A DNA stretch of 60,545 nucleotides, counting the filler, from Dugesia japonica (taxonomy: Eukaryota), in NCBI GenBank assembly GCA_001938525.1. It is 6 parts of 6 records of this genome, joined end to end, with 100 filler letters (N's around TTAATTAATTAA, not from the genome) between each part and the next. Parts side by side here need not be neighbours in the genome. Positions count along the whole stretch, not along the records: positions 18,783 to 28,458 come from MQRL01512720.1; positions 28,559 to 40,661 come from MQRL01648555.1; 4 more parts are not named here. One strand, given 5' to 3'. Shown piece after piece: positions 22,743 through 35,999 of this stretch. Positions within the stretch are counted from its first letter, which is position 1; each line of letters starts with the position of its first letter. The notes beneath the pieces are model-generated. The model made no database searches. It was given only the letters and a program-made list of their open reading frames with translations, and was not told the DNA's origin. A program made the translations under genes and the position numbers.

Positions 22743-24969
22743 ATTATCAAAAAAAGTTTGATCAAAGATTTTATTTGAAGAAATAAAAAATTTCCATTCA
22801 AGTTTTTCTATAAACTTTTAAAATTTTATTTGAAATTTTAATGTGAAACGGTTAAAAATTTATAAATATTTCTTTAATTTTTCAATATATTTAAAATGAA
22901 GTTAAACATATCAATCGGTTTATAATTTAGATTTAAATAATTAAAACAAATAAGAAAATCACCAATAATTATATTTAGTAAATCAATGTTTTTAAATTTA
23001 ATTACAATGTGCTGTTTTATCAATAAATGTAGGTGGAAAAGATTTATAAAAACTTCATTATTAATAATTCAATAATAACTTCTTGATAAAGCCCACCATA
23101 TAAGATTGATTTTGTTTTACTTCTTGAGTTTCCAAAGAATTTATCATTTCAAAATATTTATCATTATTATGTTTAAAATATTTTAAAATTTTATTTTTAA
23201 ATTTACCATTCAGTTTTAATCTAAACACAAAATGTTTTATTTGAATAATTACTAAAATATTATTAAAATCTACTCGAACCTTGACTATTTCTTATCGTTA
23301 TTCTTGTCATAAAAATATATTTAAATATTCAAATCTTTACAATTACACTACAAAATCAACCAAGTACAACAATAACTCGTTTTTACTGCTCACATAACAA
23401 ATTAAATGATTTTATTAAATGACAGAACATTTGTGGTCCCAAATGCATATGTAATTCAAATTATTCAATAATGTCTTTAAAACCTCTATAAAAACATAAA
23501 TACATGTAAACCTATTATATCATCTTTTAAAACTCATAAAATATCTCCAGAAAACTTCTATAAAACCCTAAAAATTTATTAAATGTTTGATAGAATCCTG
23601 AAAACCTGTATAGAACCCAATAAATTAATATACATTTGTTAAAACATCATATAAAACTCATATAAAATAACATTATTAAACACTTTAAATCCCTTGAAAT
23701 TCATAAAACAATTAAAAATCTGTAAAACCCACACAATAACCATTTAAAACCATGTGAATCAATTATATCATCATATCAAATACTATTATAAAACTCATAT
23801 AAACCCCTATAAATCCTTATAACAATATTAGAACACAATACATGAAAACGAAATGCAATTTTTATTCCGTAAACTATTGTGTCTTTAAAAAACCAAATGA
23901 TCGCTCAATAGGTAATAAATTTTGATTTGTAATTATTGTGTCTATTATTATTATTCTTTAGTAAAACAAATGTCTCAAATATTCTCAGAGCAATTCAACT
24001 CAAATAATATTATAAAAATGTTATGAATAATAAATTTTATTGATGTGAACACTGTTGCATTTTTATTGTTTTAATTTCTGAGTATACTTTGCTAGTAATT
24101 AAATAAATTGAATTAATAGGTTTTTGTTATACAACTTTNNNNNNNNNNNNNNNNNNNNNNNNNNNNNNNNNNNNNNNNNNNNNNNNNNNNNNNNNNNNNN
24201 NNNNNNNNNNNNNNNNNNNNNNNNNNNNTTTCAAGGGTTTTCATTGGTCCATCATAAGGCTTTGTAATATTAGAAATGTTCATCATTTTATTACGGTTTA
24301 AATGATAACCATATTGATGTATAAAAATAAATGTTAAAGGGCCTTGAATGATTTCAAGGGTTTTCGTTGCTTATTCATAGTGTTTTATAATACTAAAATT
24401 GTCCGCAAACTTATTACGATCTGAACAATACCAATATTGATGTATAAAATTAAATTTTAAAGGGTCTTGAATAATTGAGAAAATTTATGAAAGGCGGTAC
24501 AAGGAGAAAATGAGCAGCGATTAGAAAGAAATGTGGAAAACTTAGAAAGTTTACTATATTTTACACATAGGTGGTGACATTTGCTTGTAGGTGACTGCAA
24601 CTATATTTTGGTGCAACTATATTTAGGTGCCTTCAATTCATTCAAGGTTTAATGAAATTAGTGTATAGATAATTAGATTTGATGCATGTTCAATTGATAA
24701 ATTAGTAATAAGTCGAATAATTTACATAAACAATTTAATTAAATTAAGTATTATGTGTGGTATTCATTGACTTAAAAATACATCCACTGAACTCTATGAA
24801 ATAAATACAATAAAGTACACCTAATATCATTTCCATATTTTTTTATTCATGACTTAAAAAAATTGGTGTATAAAAGATCAGTCTTGATGCATATTCAATT
24901 AAGAAATTAGTAATAAGTCGAATAATTTACTTTAATAATTTGATTTGATCAGTCATTATGTGTCGTATT

Positions 24970-25160
24970 CATTGACTTTACTGTATAACACTGGTTTTAC
25001 TCTATTACATTGGCTTACTGTAATAATATGCTTACCTATCCATTGGTTTTGTTGTGTTTCATTGGTTTCACTTTATTAAATTAGGTTACTGTACTTATTG
25101 GTTTACTCCATCCATTAGCTTTACATATATGGATACATATAGACTATGCTATGTTCATTG
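24970..25160 (+). repeat. Degenerate ~20-bp CATTGGTTTAC tandem repeat
   Basis: Repeated cattgg(c/t)ttac/tcac units. Confidence 0.6.
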
Positions 25161-27503
25161 ATTAAAAGATAATTAATAGTGAATTTGCTTTGAAGAAATA
25201 TTTTATATTTTTATAGCTATTTAAGTTGATTAACGTTATCATTAGTTGTAAGATGAAATGGATTATAAATATAGAATCTCGTTAACCTCCACAAACATTA
25301 GAATCAGATTAGTATTTATTTTAATAAAAATAGTAGCTATTGCTTATAGATTTCTGTCTAAGGGAATAAATTTAAAATATTCAATGGATTAAGGGGCTGT
25401 ATGGATTAACTTGAACGATAAGATTAAGATAAATGAAATCATTAAATACAATTTGTAAGTCAAATAAAAAATAAATTGAATGTATAGGTTTAATGATTAT
25501 ATCGGATGCATGGAATGTAGTAGATTTATTGACTGTATTGGGTCAGTGAATGTATCTGATTTAATGATTTGTATTGGTCTTNATAGAAGATAATCAAGTA
25601 ATGTCACATTTTCCTTTAAAATATTTAATAATTTCTAAACGATTTTACTTGTATATACGAATAAATAATTTTGCTAATTTGAAAAGATTACATTTATTGC
25701 AATAAATGAATTTAGAAAAGATATATTTAAGATTTTAATACAATCAATTAATAATTTTAATCAAAATTAATTAAATACGTGTATCAATAGTATGCTTATT
25801 TCTAAAATATGACTAAATAACATTCAAGTTTTAATCGATGACTTGTACNCATAAAATAAATATGTGCAACAACTTTTATAAATCTAAAGGAAGACAAATG
25901 ATTGTTTAAAATAAAAATCTATGGATATCGGTAAATAGAGTATATTTTATCAACGTATAACAATTTATGACTTCTATGAAATTTTACTAACTTTCACNNN
26001 NNNNNNNNNNNNNNNNNNNNNNNNNNNNNNNNNNNNNNNNNNNNNNNNNNNNATTTCCATGACTCTCGGAAATTGTGAATAATTTTCCAACACATCTCGA
26101 AAATATTTGAATTATTTTCCAATTGTTTAACATAGGTTTTGAGAATTTTCCAATACATCTCGAAAATTCTTTATAATATTCCAACACTTCCTGGATACTC
26201 TATATAAATTTCCATCACTTTTCAAATAAAATAGTCATTTATCCTTCATNNNNNNNNNNNNNNNNNNNNNNNNNNNNNNNNNNNNNNNNNNNNNNNNNNA
26301 CAATTTATGACTTCTATGAAATTTTACTAACTTTCACACACTACTTAAAAATTTTAAATAGATTTCCATGACTACTTGAAAATTTTGGATATATTTCCAT
26401 GACTCTCGGAAATTGTGAATAATTTTCCAACACATCTCGAAAATATTTGAATTATTTTCCAATTGTTTAACATAGGTTTTGAGAATTTTCCAATACATCT
26501 CGAAAATTCTTTATAATATTCCAACACTTCCTGGATACTCTATATAAATTTCCATCACTTTTCAAATAAAATAGTCATTTATCCTTCATNATCACCATCT
26601 ACATGCATTTCTGCGTGCATCTTGCAAGCAACTAATCTGCCCCTCTGCTTGCACTTCTGCTTTCCTCATTTTATCTTTCTTCTAAAAATTAAAAACAAAC
26701 TTTTTAAGAAATTTGTAGAAATATTTCCTTCATCTATATTTATTTACGACTAATATGAATAAAATCATAATTTCTGGGGTATACTTTACTTATAATTTTC
26801 AATAATGGATTTGTTGATTATATTTAGTTTTATAGTGTTTAATGGATTTGGATTGCATTTTTAATTAATAAATTCAATATATTATGGTTAATTGTATTGA
26901 AATTCAGGTTATATTTGTATGATAGTACTGGATACGTATGATATTAGTACATCCATTTTAATAGACTTATTAAAATTTGTATAAAACGAGTATATATTCT
27001 ATTGAAATTAATGCTAATATAAATAAAAGGAGTAACACACTTAATAAATCTATTGTTTACCTAAGAAATCTATGTGTATATTTTATCGACATAATACTCA
27101 TGAGAATTAAAATACTTAACAATAAAACAGGACAATTATTACACAGCAATTAATAATAAGACAATACATTACATTTAAAATATTTATTAAGGAAATTGGT
27201 CTATCATCTTCATAATAATTTTCATCTTCTATTCACTTTTTCTCTGTTATACTTATTCCTTTTCTGAATCTTTTCCATATAATAGCTAGTGTTCTCTCTT
27301 CAGCTTAATGTTTTATATCTTCATGTTATAGAAATTGACATTATTACTTCTATTTTAATGCTAAATTATTACATTTAAAGTTATTTATATAAAGATCTAA
27401 CCAATCAGATTATATTCATGTTATATATTCATTACTCAATCGAATTCAAACATGTATACACACCTAAACGTATATTACTTATAAGGTTTTAGTCTTAATA
27501 ATA

Positions 27504-27557
<54 letters not shown>

Positions 27558-28119
27558 NNNNNNNNNNNNNNNNNNNNNNNNNNNNNNNNNNNNNNNNNNN
27601 NNNNNNNNNNNNNNNNNNATCCTTCTCAATAAAATATTCATCGTTATCTGTTTGCATCTCTGCGGGCTCACTGGTTCCCTTGTTGCTCTTCAGTTGCCTG
27701 CGTGAGCCCCAGTTCCTTGAGTGCACTTTGGTTTTTATGGGTTCGATTTCTTTTAAATACCTAAATACAAGTCAGTAAAATCAATCTTTTGACTATAAGC
27801 TATACATTTATTAAATTTTTGTGGAAAGCAGACATTAAAAATCAAATAAAAACAACCCGCATGAAACACAATCATACAGAACACAACAAACAGCCAAACA
27901 TCTAATCAAGGAATCCGAAAAATTAAATGCAATCCCATCAATCCATTACTCAAAGATAAAGAAAAACTAACAATGTTATCTTGACAATACCCAATTGTGT
28001 ATCGACAATATCTTATGACTTATATAATTGTGACTCATTTAATAATTATAAATTGTATAATATATTTATCTTTATCAAATTGTATAAATCAAATTGTAAA
28101 ATATTTTTATGATTTACTA

Positions 28120-28458
28120 GCTTGAGTCTAAAGTTCCCGGACACTTGTTATTTTGTCTAATTTTAATTATTTATTTTAAAAAATTGTATTATCTATTTTT
28201 ATATAGTAAGTCAATTATTATAGATTTAATTTCAAAAAAGTATTTATCATAGAAACTCACAAAATGGCGGACAAAAAAATCATAATTAGCGGTATCCTGC
28301 CTTATTATTTGAAACAGGGTCTAAGTGTTAGAGCAACAACCATGAAAATATGTATAATTGAAGGTCCTGGGATAGTCTCAAAATTAACCGTTGGGGAATG
28401 GTTTCGTAAATTTAATGAAGGTGATACCAATCTGGAAGACAAATCACGTTTTGGAAGG
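28120..28458 (+). mobile_element. mariner transposase 5' end (HTH), truncated by linker
   Basis: YYLKQGLSVRATTMKIC...VSKLTVGEWFRKFNEGDTNLEDKSRFGR. Confidence 0.85.
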
Positions 28459-28558
28459 NNNNNNNNNNNNNNNNNNNNNNNNNNNNNNNNNNNNNNNNNN
28501 NNTTAATTAATTAANNNNNNNNNNNNNNNNNNNNNNNNNNNNNNNNNNNNNNNNNNNN

Positions 28559-28590
<32 letters not shown>

Positions 28591-28592
28591 GT

Positions 28593-29022
28593 TGTAAAGA
28601 TTTGAATGTTTTAAGTATTTTATAATTAGGTACATTATTTTAAAGAGAGTTTTAAAATAATCTACTTTGTTTGAATATTGTTGTTTTGTAAGTTTTTTTT
28701 ATAAGCGTTTGTAAAAAGTAAATATAATTAAAAATTATTGAAATTTTAAATTTTAAATTTCTAATTTGTAAATTTTACTTGGATCAATAAATTATTGTGC
28801 AACAGAATTTGTATTTTTAAGTTAATGGATACGTAAGCTTTTTATTGTTCTATTTTTGTAGCCAGTTGAATTCGTTTACTCTAATTTTTGAAATTTTCAG
28901 TTAATTCTTTTCTAGCTGCATTGTAATATTTTACTACTCAATTATTACAATTTTATTAGAATAAATGTTATCAAGAAATTATTTGCTTTTAAATGGCGAG
29001 TATATAGGCCCAGCACTCAACA
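28593..29022 (+). mobile_element. Ty3/gypsy 5' LTR (TG...CA), followed by PBS 29023-29035 and a decayed gag start
   Basis: ...CAACA TGGTGGCAGTGGT; gag DSITNKLMPKIF resembles DAITEKLLPKIF at 36481; left LTR boundary inferred. Confidence 0.65.
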
Positions 29023-29909
29023 TGGTGGCAGTGGTAAACATGGACTCCATAACGAACAAGTTGATGCCCAAAATATTTGAAAGGCACGTGGAAAAATGTT
29101 TATCCGAAAATGCAAATTATATTTCGAAGTAACAGGAGTATAGTAGAAACGACGATTAGAGATCATATGCTAGCTTGCTACCTCCGTGCAAAACAGCCCT
29201 TCACCAAAAATCAAAAAATCCTCAAACAGAAAATAACTTTCCTCAACACAAACAAATTCTCCACCAACAGAAAACAAATAGGAAAAAAACAGAAACAAAT
29301 CCTTTCCAACAGAAAACAACCTCCCCCAAAACCATGGGTTTATAGTAATTAAGATCTAAAACATAAACTTGTTACATTTTGTAATTAGAAAAATGTTTAC
29401 ATAAAGTGAAAAAATGTGTGAAAATGTTGTTGATTACATTAATAGTGCAAATAACTTTGATTATTAAATAAATCTCAAAAGATTTCTTTGAACTTGTTTT
29501 TAAAGATCCAAAAGTAAATGATTCTTTTATTGCAAAAGAAATGGGAATAAGTTTTCGGAAGTTTATTAAAAATTTAAGAGAATTAAATTTAAAAGAAAAC
29601 ATAAAAAGATATTCTCGTTTGAAATATTCTTTTGATAAAAAAAGTCTCAACAATATGTAAAATAGTATAATGGTGATTATGTTTCTAATATCAAGACAAA
29701 TTCTTTTGATTTAATAGAAATTCATATAAAAGAAAGTTTAACAGATAAAAGAAATATTTTATCTTCAAAAATGAAAAATATAACTATATCAAGCATACCT
29801 TTTTTTAAAAATAGATCAATAAACAAAAAATATAGAAAAACATTTAGAGGATGTGTAGGACAAGAAAGAGATGGCAAAATAAGTAAAGTATTACATTTTA
29901 ATACCCTCT

Positions 29910-32900
29910 AATAAATTCTATATCTGGAAATACATCCGCACAATCTGAGGTTTTCCTTTCTTAAAGTGTTGCTTTTATCATATCCCACAAAGTTATAAAC
30001 TGTCTCTTAATTTGCCCATTTGTGTTATGATGATATAGACTCGAAACCCTGAGGATAATGGCATGTTCAGCTGCAAAATCTTTCATTGATTTAGACTCAA
30101 ATCCTCTTCCAGAATCAACTCGAATTTCTCTCGGACACCCAAACTTTAAAATACACTTCTCCATCATTGCCTTATGGTATCTTCGTCTTGTCTTGTCATT
30201 GCTATCAAGGCTATATACTTACTGCATTAATCTATTATATCGAGAACATATTTTTTTCGACCTCTGGTTTCTTGCAATGGTCCACACGCATCTATAAATA
30301 ACAACTCAAACATTTCGGCTGACTGCGTCTTTTTTGTTACTTCCTTCGGTTTTGTTGACAACACTTTAGCTTTCTGGAATGTTTTATAGCTTCGCACAAC
30401 CTCTTGTACTTTGCTCCACAAATATTTTGCATTATTTTTATGTTTCATATACTTTGCAACCTTTTCTGCTCCAGCATGAAATATTAGATGACGTATCCTC
30501 ATTATAACATTTTCTACTTTATCATCAGATATCCACGTTCCTTCATCATTTTCTTCAAAATTGCCTTGATTCTTTTGTATATCTACTTCATTTAACATCA
30601 TTGTTTTTAATTTTCCAATCTTTTAATCTTCATGTGACATTATACATTGTGCACATGTATCATACATACTTAACAACATATCCGCATTTCTATGAAGCAT
30701 TCTTTTTCTATATTCTAATTTTATATCTAAACTGCTCAAATAGTTAATCCAAGTTTGAAACTGTGATGTGATCGGTTCTTAGTATTTAGCATAAAAGTGA
30801 TTGCTTTATGGTCTATTCTAAGGATAAATCTATTTCCATATAAGTAATGTTTTAAATAAATACAAAAGTAGTAAATGGAGAGAAATTCTTTCCGCGTAGT
30901 ACAATATCCTTTCTCATGACTCGTCATTGATTGTGACCCATATGTAATTACTCTTTCTTGTCCATTATTGTCCTTTTGAGATAGTATTGCACCAATCGTA
31001 TTGAAAGTCGCATNCTTGACCAAAATAAATTTTCTATTAATATCTGGAAAGCATAATATTGGAGACATAATTAGTGCTTATTTCATTCCATTAAAAACTT
31101 CTAATTCGTTAGCCCATTCAATATTCTTGTTACTCGGCCCACTACACAGTTGTTCCAACAATCTAGCTTTTTCGAATAATCTTTAATAAATTTGCGATAG
31201 TAATTGCAAATTCCCAAAATGATTCTCATCTTCTTAACGAATATTGGTTTACCAAAGTTTTTAAGTGATTCTATTTTGTTGGATCTGTTTTGACACTTTC
31301 TTTACTGATAACGTGTCCAAAAATTTGAACTCCTTTTGCATGAATTGACATTTCTCCAGATTAACTCTTAGACCAGAATTCTTAATTTCTGTCAATACTT
31401 CACTGACTATTTCATAGTGTTTCTCCTTTGTTTCGGTAAAATGAGAATATCATCTAGATAAACAATTGCTGTATTTATTTTCCCAATTACTTTATTCATA
31501 TTTTCCTGGAACGTACCTGGTGCCACTGCAATTCCAAGTGGCATTCTATTGAAACAATAATGCCCTTGTTTAATCTAAAAAGCCGTCTTCTCTTGAGAAT
31601 CTTCAATGAGTTCCACTTGATAGTATACATTTCTAAAGTCAATTGAGCTAATATATTGTGCACCTTCCAAAGCATCCAGCATTCTTTCCATATTTGGCAT
31701 AGGAAAAGCTTGTCTTTCTGTTATTGCATTGAGCTGTCTAAAGTCTTGGCATAATCGTATATCCTTTTTTCCTTTTTTCAAACACAATGGCGCATTTTAC
31801 TGAGAATTACACTTCTGGATGATACCGTTATCATGCAGATTTTATATATGACCTTTTCAATCCTATCTTCTAGATTCATTGGTTAACGATACGGTTTGAT
31901 TGAATTTTGATTGAACATCCATTAGTGATTATTCGATGCTTCGTTAAGTCTGTTCATTCAATGTCCCATTTATCCGCCATAAATACATCCTCAATATTCT
32001 GAATAATCGCAGACAATCAATAATCTTTTTTAATTTCTAAAATCTACATTGCATGTCTCACTCGCTCACCCATCGGCATCTGTCTTCCATATTTTTACTC
32101 GATGTAGCAAACAAATTTTTCTCGATGATTATTGATTTCTACTCTTCACGTTTTTTCAGATGGTACTCAAAAATATGCTGAAATTCTACTTCATCAATTA
32201 GATCTGGTATTAGTTTCTCTACTATTATAATGTAATGCAATCGTTCCTCGCTTTTCTCTAACATTGTTTCTCAGAGTCTATTAAATTCTAGGTCTCTCTT
32301 GTATCTTATCAAACGTAATTTCTGCATTCTATTTCTCTTCAATTGTTCCTATCAGGTTTTTTTGTTAACTTACACATCATCCATACCATTTTATAATGGT
32401 AAATTCTCTCTTCTAGTCTTGGTTTATTAATGTTCGAATACCATTCCTTCGCTCCGTGACCCAGTTTTTCACATCTACCGCATAAAATGTCTGTACAAAT
32501 CCTTCTGATATGACTAATCTTTGTACACCCAAAATATTTTGATGGTTTCTTGTCTGGAGAATTTCTACTTAAATGCCCTTTTTTGTGACATGTCCAACAT
32601 TGCACATGAGAATTTTTTGGACATTCACTTTTTGAAGGCCCATAACTCTGGCATGTACAACACTGTGGTTCTGTTATTTTTGTAACTCTCTCGATATTTT
32701 GTCTCCTTTCTTCAAAACGTTCTCCGCGTGTTACACCAGCGTAACTCTTTACTACATTAATAGGTTCTCTTCTTTCTATTTCTTTCAACCAAAGATAACG
32801 TTTCTTTTATGTCTTCTACTTTCTCCAATTTTCACATGATAAAATCTTCTTCTGTTTTAGTACTATTTGCACAAATTATTAGCATTTTTGAAAAGAGTTA

Positions 32901-32910
32901 TTCATTCTTC
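29910..32910 (-). mobile_element. Decayed Ty3/gypsy gag-pol (zinc knuckles, RT, RNase H, integrase)
   Basis: CWTCHKKGH; RLCQDFRQLNAITERQAFPMP; VYLDDIL; GAILSQ; HAGAEK; DSGRGFES. Confidence 0.95.
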
Positions 32911-33719
32911 AGCTTAATACACATTAATTTATTTTATAAATAATCAAAATGATAATTTATTTATTTTAGAAATCTATTTTTGATACAAATTTAAATATTT
33001 AACAAATCTGATTTCAATAAATACCGCTTTTAAAATAGGAAAAATTCAAATCTGTTTTAAAAAATATCAAGTTCGTTCTAAATTAGGAGAACAATTAAGT
33101 TATCTCCAAAAAAAGTTAAAAATTCAAAAGCACATATGAAAAAATTATTAAAAGTAAATTTTATAAATTACTCAGATCCTTATATCTATAAATTAATAAA
33201 CTATCATTATTTACTTTTAAAATATCCTGTTTTATTTAATTGTACTTTATATTGGTATCAAATAATAAAAAGTTAAGTAAAATTAAAGAGATTTTAGAAG
33301 AGCTAAGAAAACATAATGAAACACCAATTTTCGATCTATTAATTTTAAATGACAATGAAGAAGAATAAGAAGAAAAGTGTCATGCATGACACTATCTCTA
33401 AATTTTTAATTTAAATTAAAAAACAAACTGATNNNNNNNNNNNNNNNNNNNNNNNNNNNNNNNNNNNNNNNNNNNNNNNNNNNNNNNNNNNNNNNNNNNN
33501 NNNNNNNNNNNNNNNNNNNNNNNNNNNNNNNNNNNNNNNNNNNNNNNNNNNNNNNNNNNNNNNNNNNNTTAATTCGTCACCTCCTCATTTTTAATCATAT
33601 TTGATTCCTCACTTGAAAATTTAATTCCTCTTTTTTCTTCACACTTGAAAATTTAATTCCTTATTTCTTCTTCAAACAAATCACCTACTTCTTACTAAAA
33701 CGATCATTCCAACAAATCA

Positions 33720-34060
33720 ACCATTAATACATCAGCTACTCTATCTAAATAATAATAGTCTTTAGTTTTCCAATGTAGATTTACTTGATAATCATATTCC
33801 ATTTTACTTAAAAATATATTATTAAATAAATCATAATAACATTATTTTTATCTGTTTTGTTTAATTTTAAAAATATAAAACAATTCGAATTATTTCTTTT
33901 AGAGTTTTTATCTAATTGAAAATAAGTTTGAGAAATATAAATAACATTACAATTAACATGTCTTCCTCTAGTAAAACAACTTTTTTGTATTTCTTGATTT
34001 TTTATTCTGGAGTTAATAACATTTTCATTAATAAAACATTTTTCTAGATCCAGAAAATTA
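33720..34060 (-). mobile_element. Maverick/Polinton (family B) packaging ATPase remnant
   Basis: FTRGRHVNCNVIYISQTYFQLDK..RNNSNCFIFLK, the A32-like GRH..I..SQ motif. Confidence 0.8.
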
Positions 34061-34699
34061 TAGGGAAAGACTTTGTTATTGAAGATATTTTCATTTTTAT
34101 TCCAGATTAGCTGCGCCGAGGTTTCACCGATTAGCAAAGAAATTTTTATTAAATAAAAATTGGGGTTATTGTTTTTCAGCATCATGTTTTTAAAAATCAT
34201 CTTTTAATTTTTGTTTTTTCATATAATNNNNNNNNNNNNNNNNNNNNNNNNNNNNNNNNNNNNNNNNNNNNNNNNNNNNNNNNNNNNNNNNNNNNNNNNN
34301 NNNNNNNNNNNNNNNNNNNNNNNNNNNNNNNNNNNNNNNNNNNNNNNNNNGAGTTAAATTATTTTCACTTTGTGAATTTCCTGTTTCTAGTTATTAATAA
34401 TTTAAATTTTATAATATTTTATGAATTAGCTTTCTGAATTTTATTACTATAAAATCTTTACAAGATCTTTTCATTATTTAAATCTGTTATTCTATAAGTG
34501 AAAGGTTTATTATTACAAACTTTAGCTATAACAGATATTTCATTTGTCCATTTAGCTGAGTTAGAACACAAAATCCTTTCATAAATATTTATTTGTTAAA
34601 ATTCAATAATAATTGCAAAACTGATAATATATAAACAAAGTTCTACAATTAAAATAATATTAATAATTTTCTAAATTATTAAACTAAAACTATATATCA

Positions 34700-35215
34700 A
34701 TTTATAACTTATATTTAACTAGCTGTAAAACAATTTTCAAATTTATATTTGTATTTAAATATTCTAACTCTATCTCCAATTTTTAATTTTTGTTGCTCTT
34801 TTAAAAAGTCATTGTCATGATTATGTTTATTCATTAATTATTTTAATTTTTCTGTACTATTATTAGCTTCTTTTGGCGAAAGATTAATACTAGAATGAGT
34901 TGTATTATTAGAATAATTTACAATCTTTTGTAATAAATTATTATTCCATTCTTGTTTTCCAACTGATGTAAAATATTTCCACATTTTATTTTTTAAAGTT
35001 CTAATTAATCTTTCAATAAAAACTGATTTAACTTTGTTTTCAGTATGATATAATTTAATATTATTTTCTTTTAAAAATCTATCAAAATAATTTGATTTAA
35101 TTGCTGCTTCCTTGTCAAACCAAATATAATTTGGAATTTTATTATTTTCTTCAAATTTTCATGAGCTTATCTTAATTATTCTTGATTTTTATTTATCATT
35201 GGAATACAAAATCCA
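34700..35215 (-). mobile_element. Maverick family B integrase remnant
   Basis: PNYIWFDKEAA...LKENNIKLYHTENKVKSVFIERLIRTLKNKMWKYFT...NNTTHSSINLSPKEA. Confidence 0.85.
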
Positions 35216-35218
35216 AAT

Positions 35219-35999
35219 TTAGAATATTTTTTCTTCTAAAATACACCAATAAATATTTCCTTTAAAATCACTATCTTTAGTTATATGTAAAGTTACATCT
35301 ACATTATTAATATTTAATTTATCATCTTGAGAACTAACATCAAAACAAATGATTGCATTCAAATCCCCAAAGTCTTGTAATGATAATTGAGGTTCATTAT
35401 AGAAATCTTCACAAAAATTTAAATAAGAGAAAATCATTTCATTATTATGACATTCATTTATAGGGTAGTATGTATTATTTAATTGTACTTGTATACTTTT
35501 AAACGTAGAATTGTAGTAACATCTACTGCTGAAGTTCCTTATTTATCAGTTTTTGGTATTCTTTGAATAAAAAATTATTATTCTTTTGAAATGAACTTTC
35601 TGAATCTTTTACTCCTATAAATATATATCTCGGTTTATAAGCTAAATTTCTTAATTTTACTGCATAGTAATTTCTTGAAAGTAAAGTTGTTTTTGAAATT
35701 ATTTTATTTAAAAATGAAATTGTATAGCTTTATTTGTTTTAATTCTTTCCAAGAGATTCAATTTCATTTTAAGGATTAATCTACATTCTGGAATATGTAA
35801 TTCAAGTGTTTTTAATTTTAAAGTGATTGTTATTTCTTTATCTCCATAAAAAATAATTTATCATTTATTTGCCTATTACAAGTTAATTCAATCATTACAT
35901 TGTATAATAATCTATTATATCATTTAATAAATCCAAATAAATTCTTTAAAGGAAAACAACCTTCAAATTTCTTTTTTGTATTATGCAGTTTCTTTCATT
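35219..35999 (-). mobile_element. Maverick family B major capsid protein remnant, interrupted by a gypsy LTR at ~36000
   Basis: FEGCFPLKNLFGF...IELTCNR; IQVQLNNTYYP; LSLQDF...IICFDVSSQ; adjacent to integrase and ATPase. Confidence 0.65.

Larger units (their letters stand above)
22557..22782. mobile_element. Penelope pLTR-like repeat forming a long hairpin; family copies at 48655-48772, 49288-49406, 51835-51925 and partial 19680-19730
   Basis: Shared left end TTGCGAGAATAATT...CCATTGATCGTTTTT.AGAATTCATTTAAAATAAAAGCTT followed by inverted arms of differing length. Confidence 0.65.

Noticed and set aside
25960-26590. ~290-bp direct duplication
   Set aside because: Identical sequence on both sides of a gap; assembly artefact. 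The same applies to 56952-57021 / 57072-57140.
27619-27761. Possible exon ending in a chromodomain-like DEYFIEK (minus strand)
   Set aside because: Too short and cut by a gap; not supportable.
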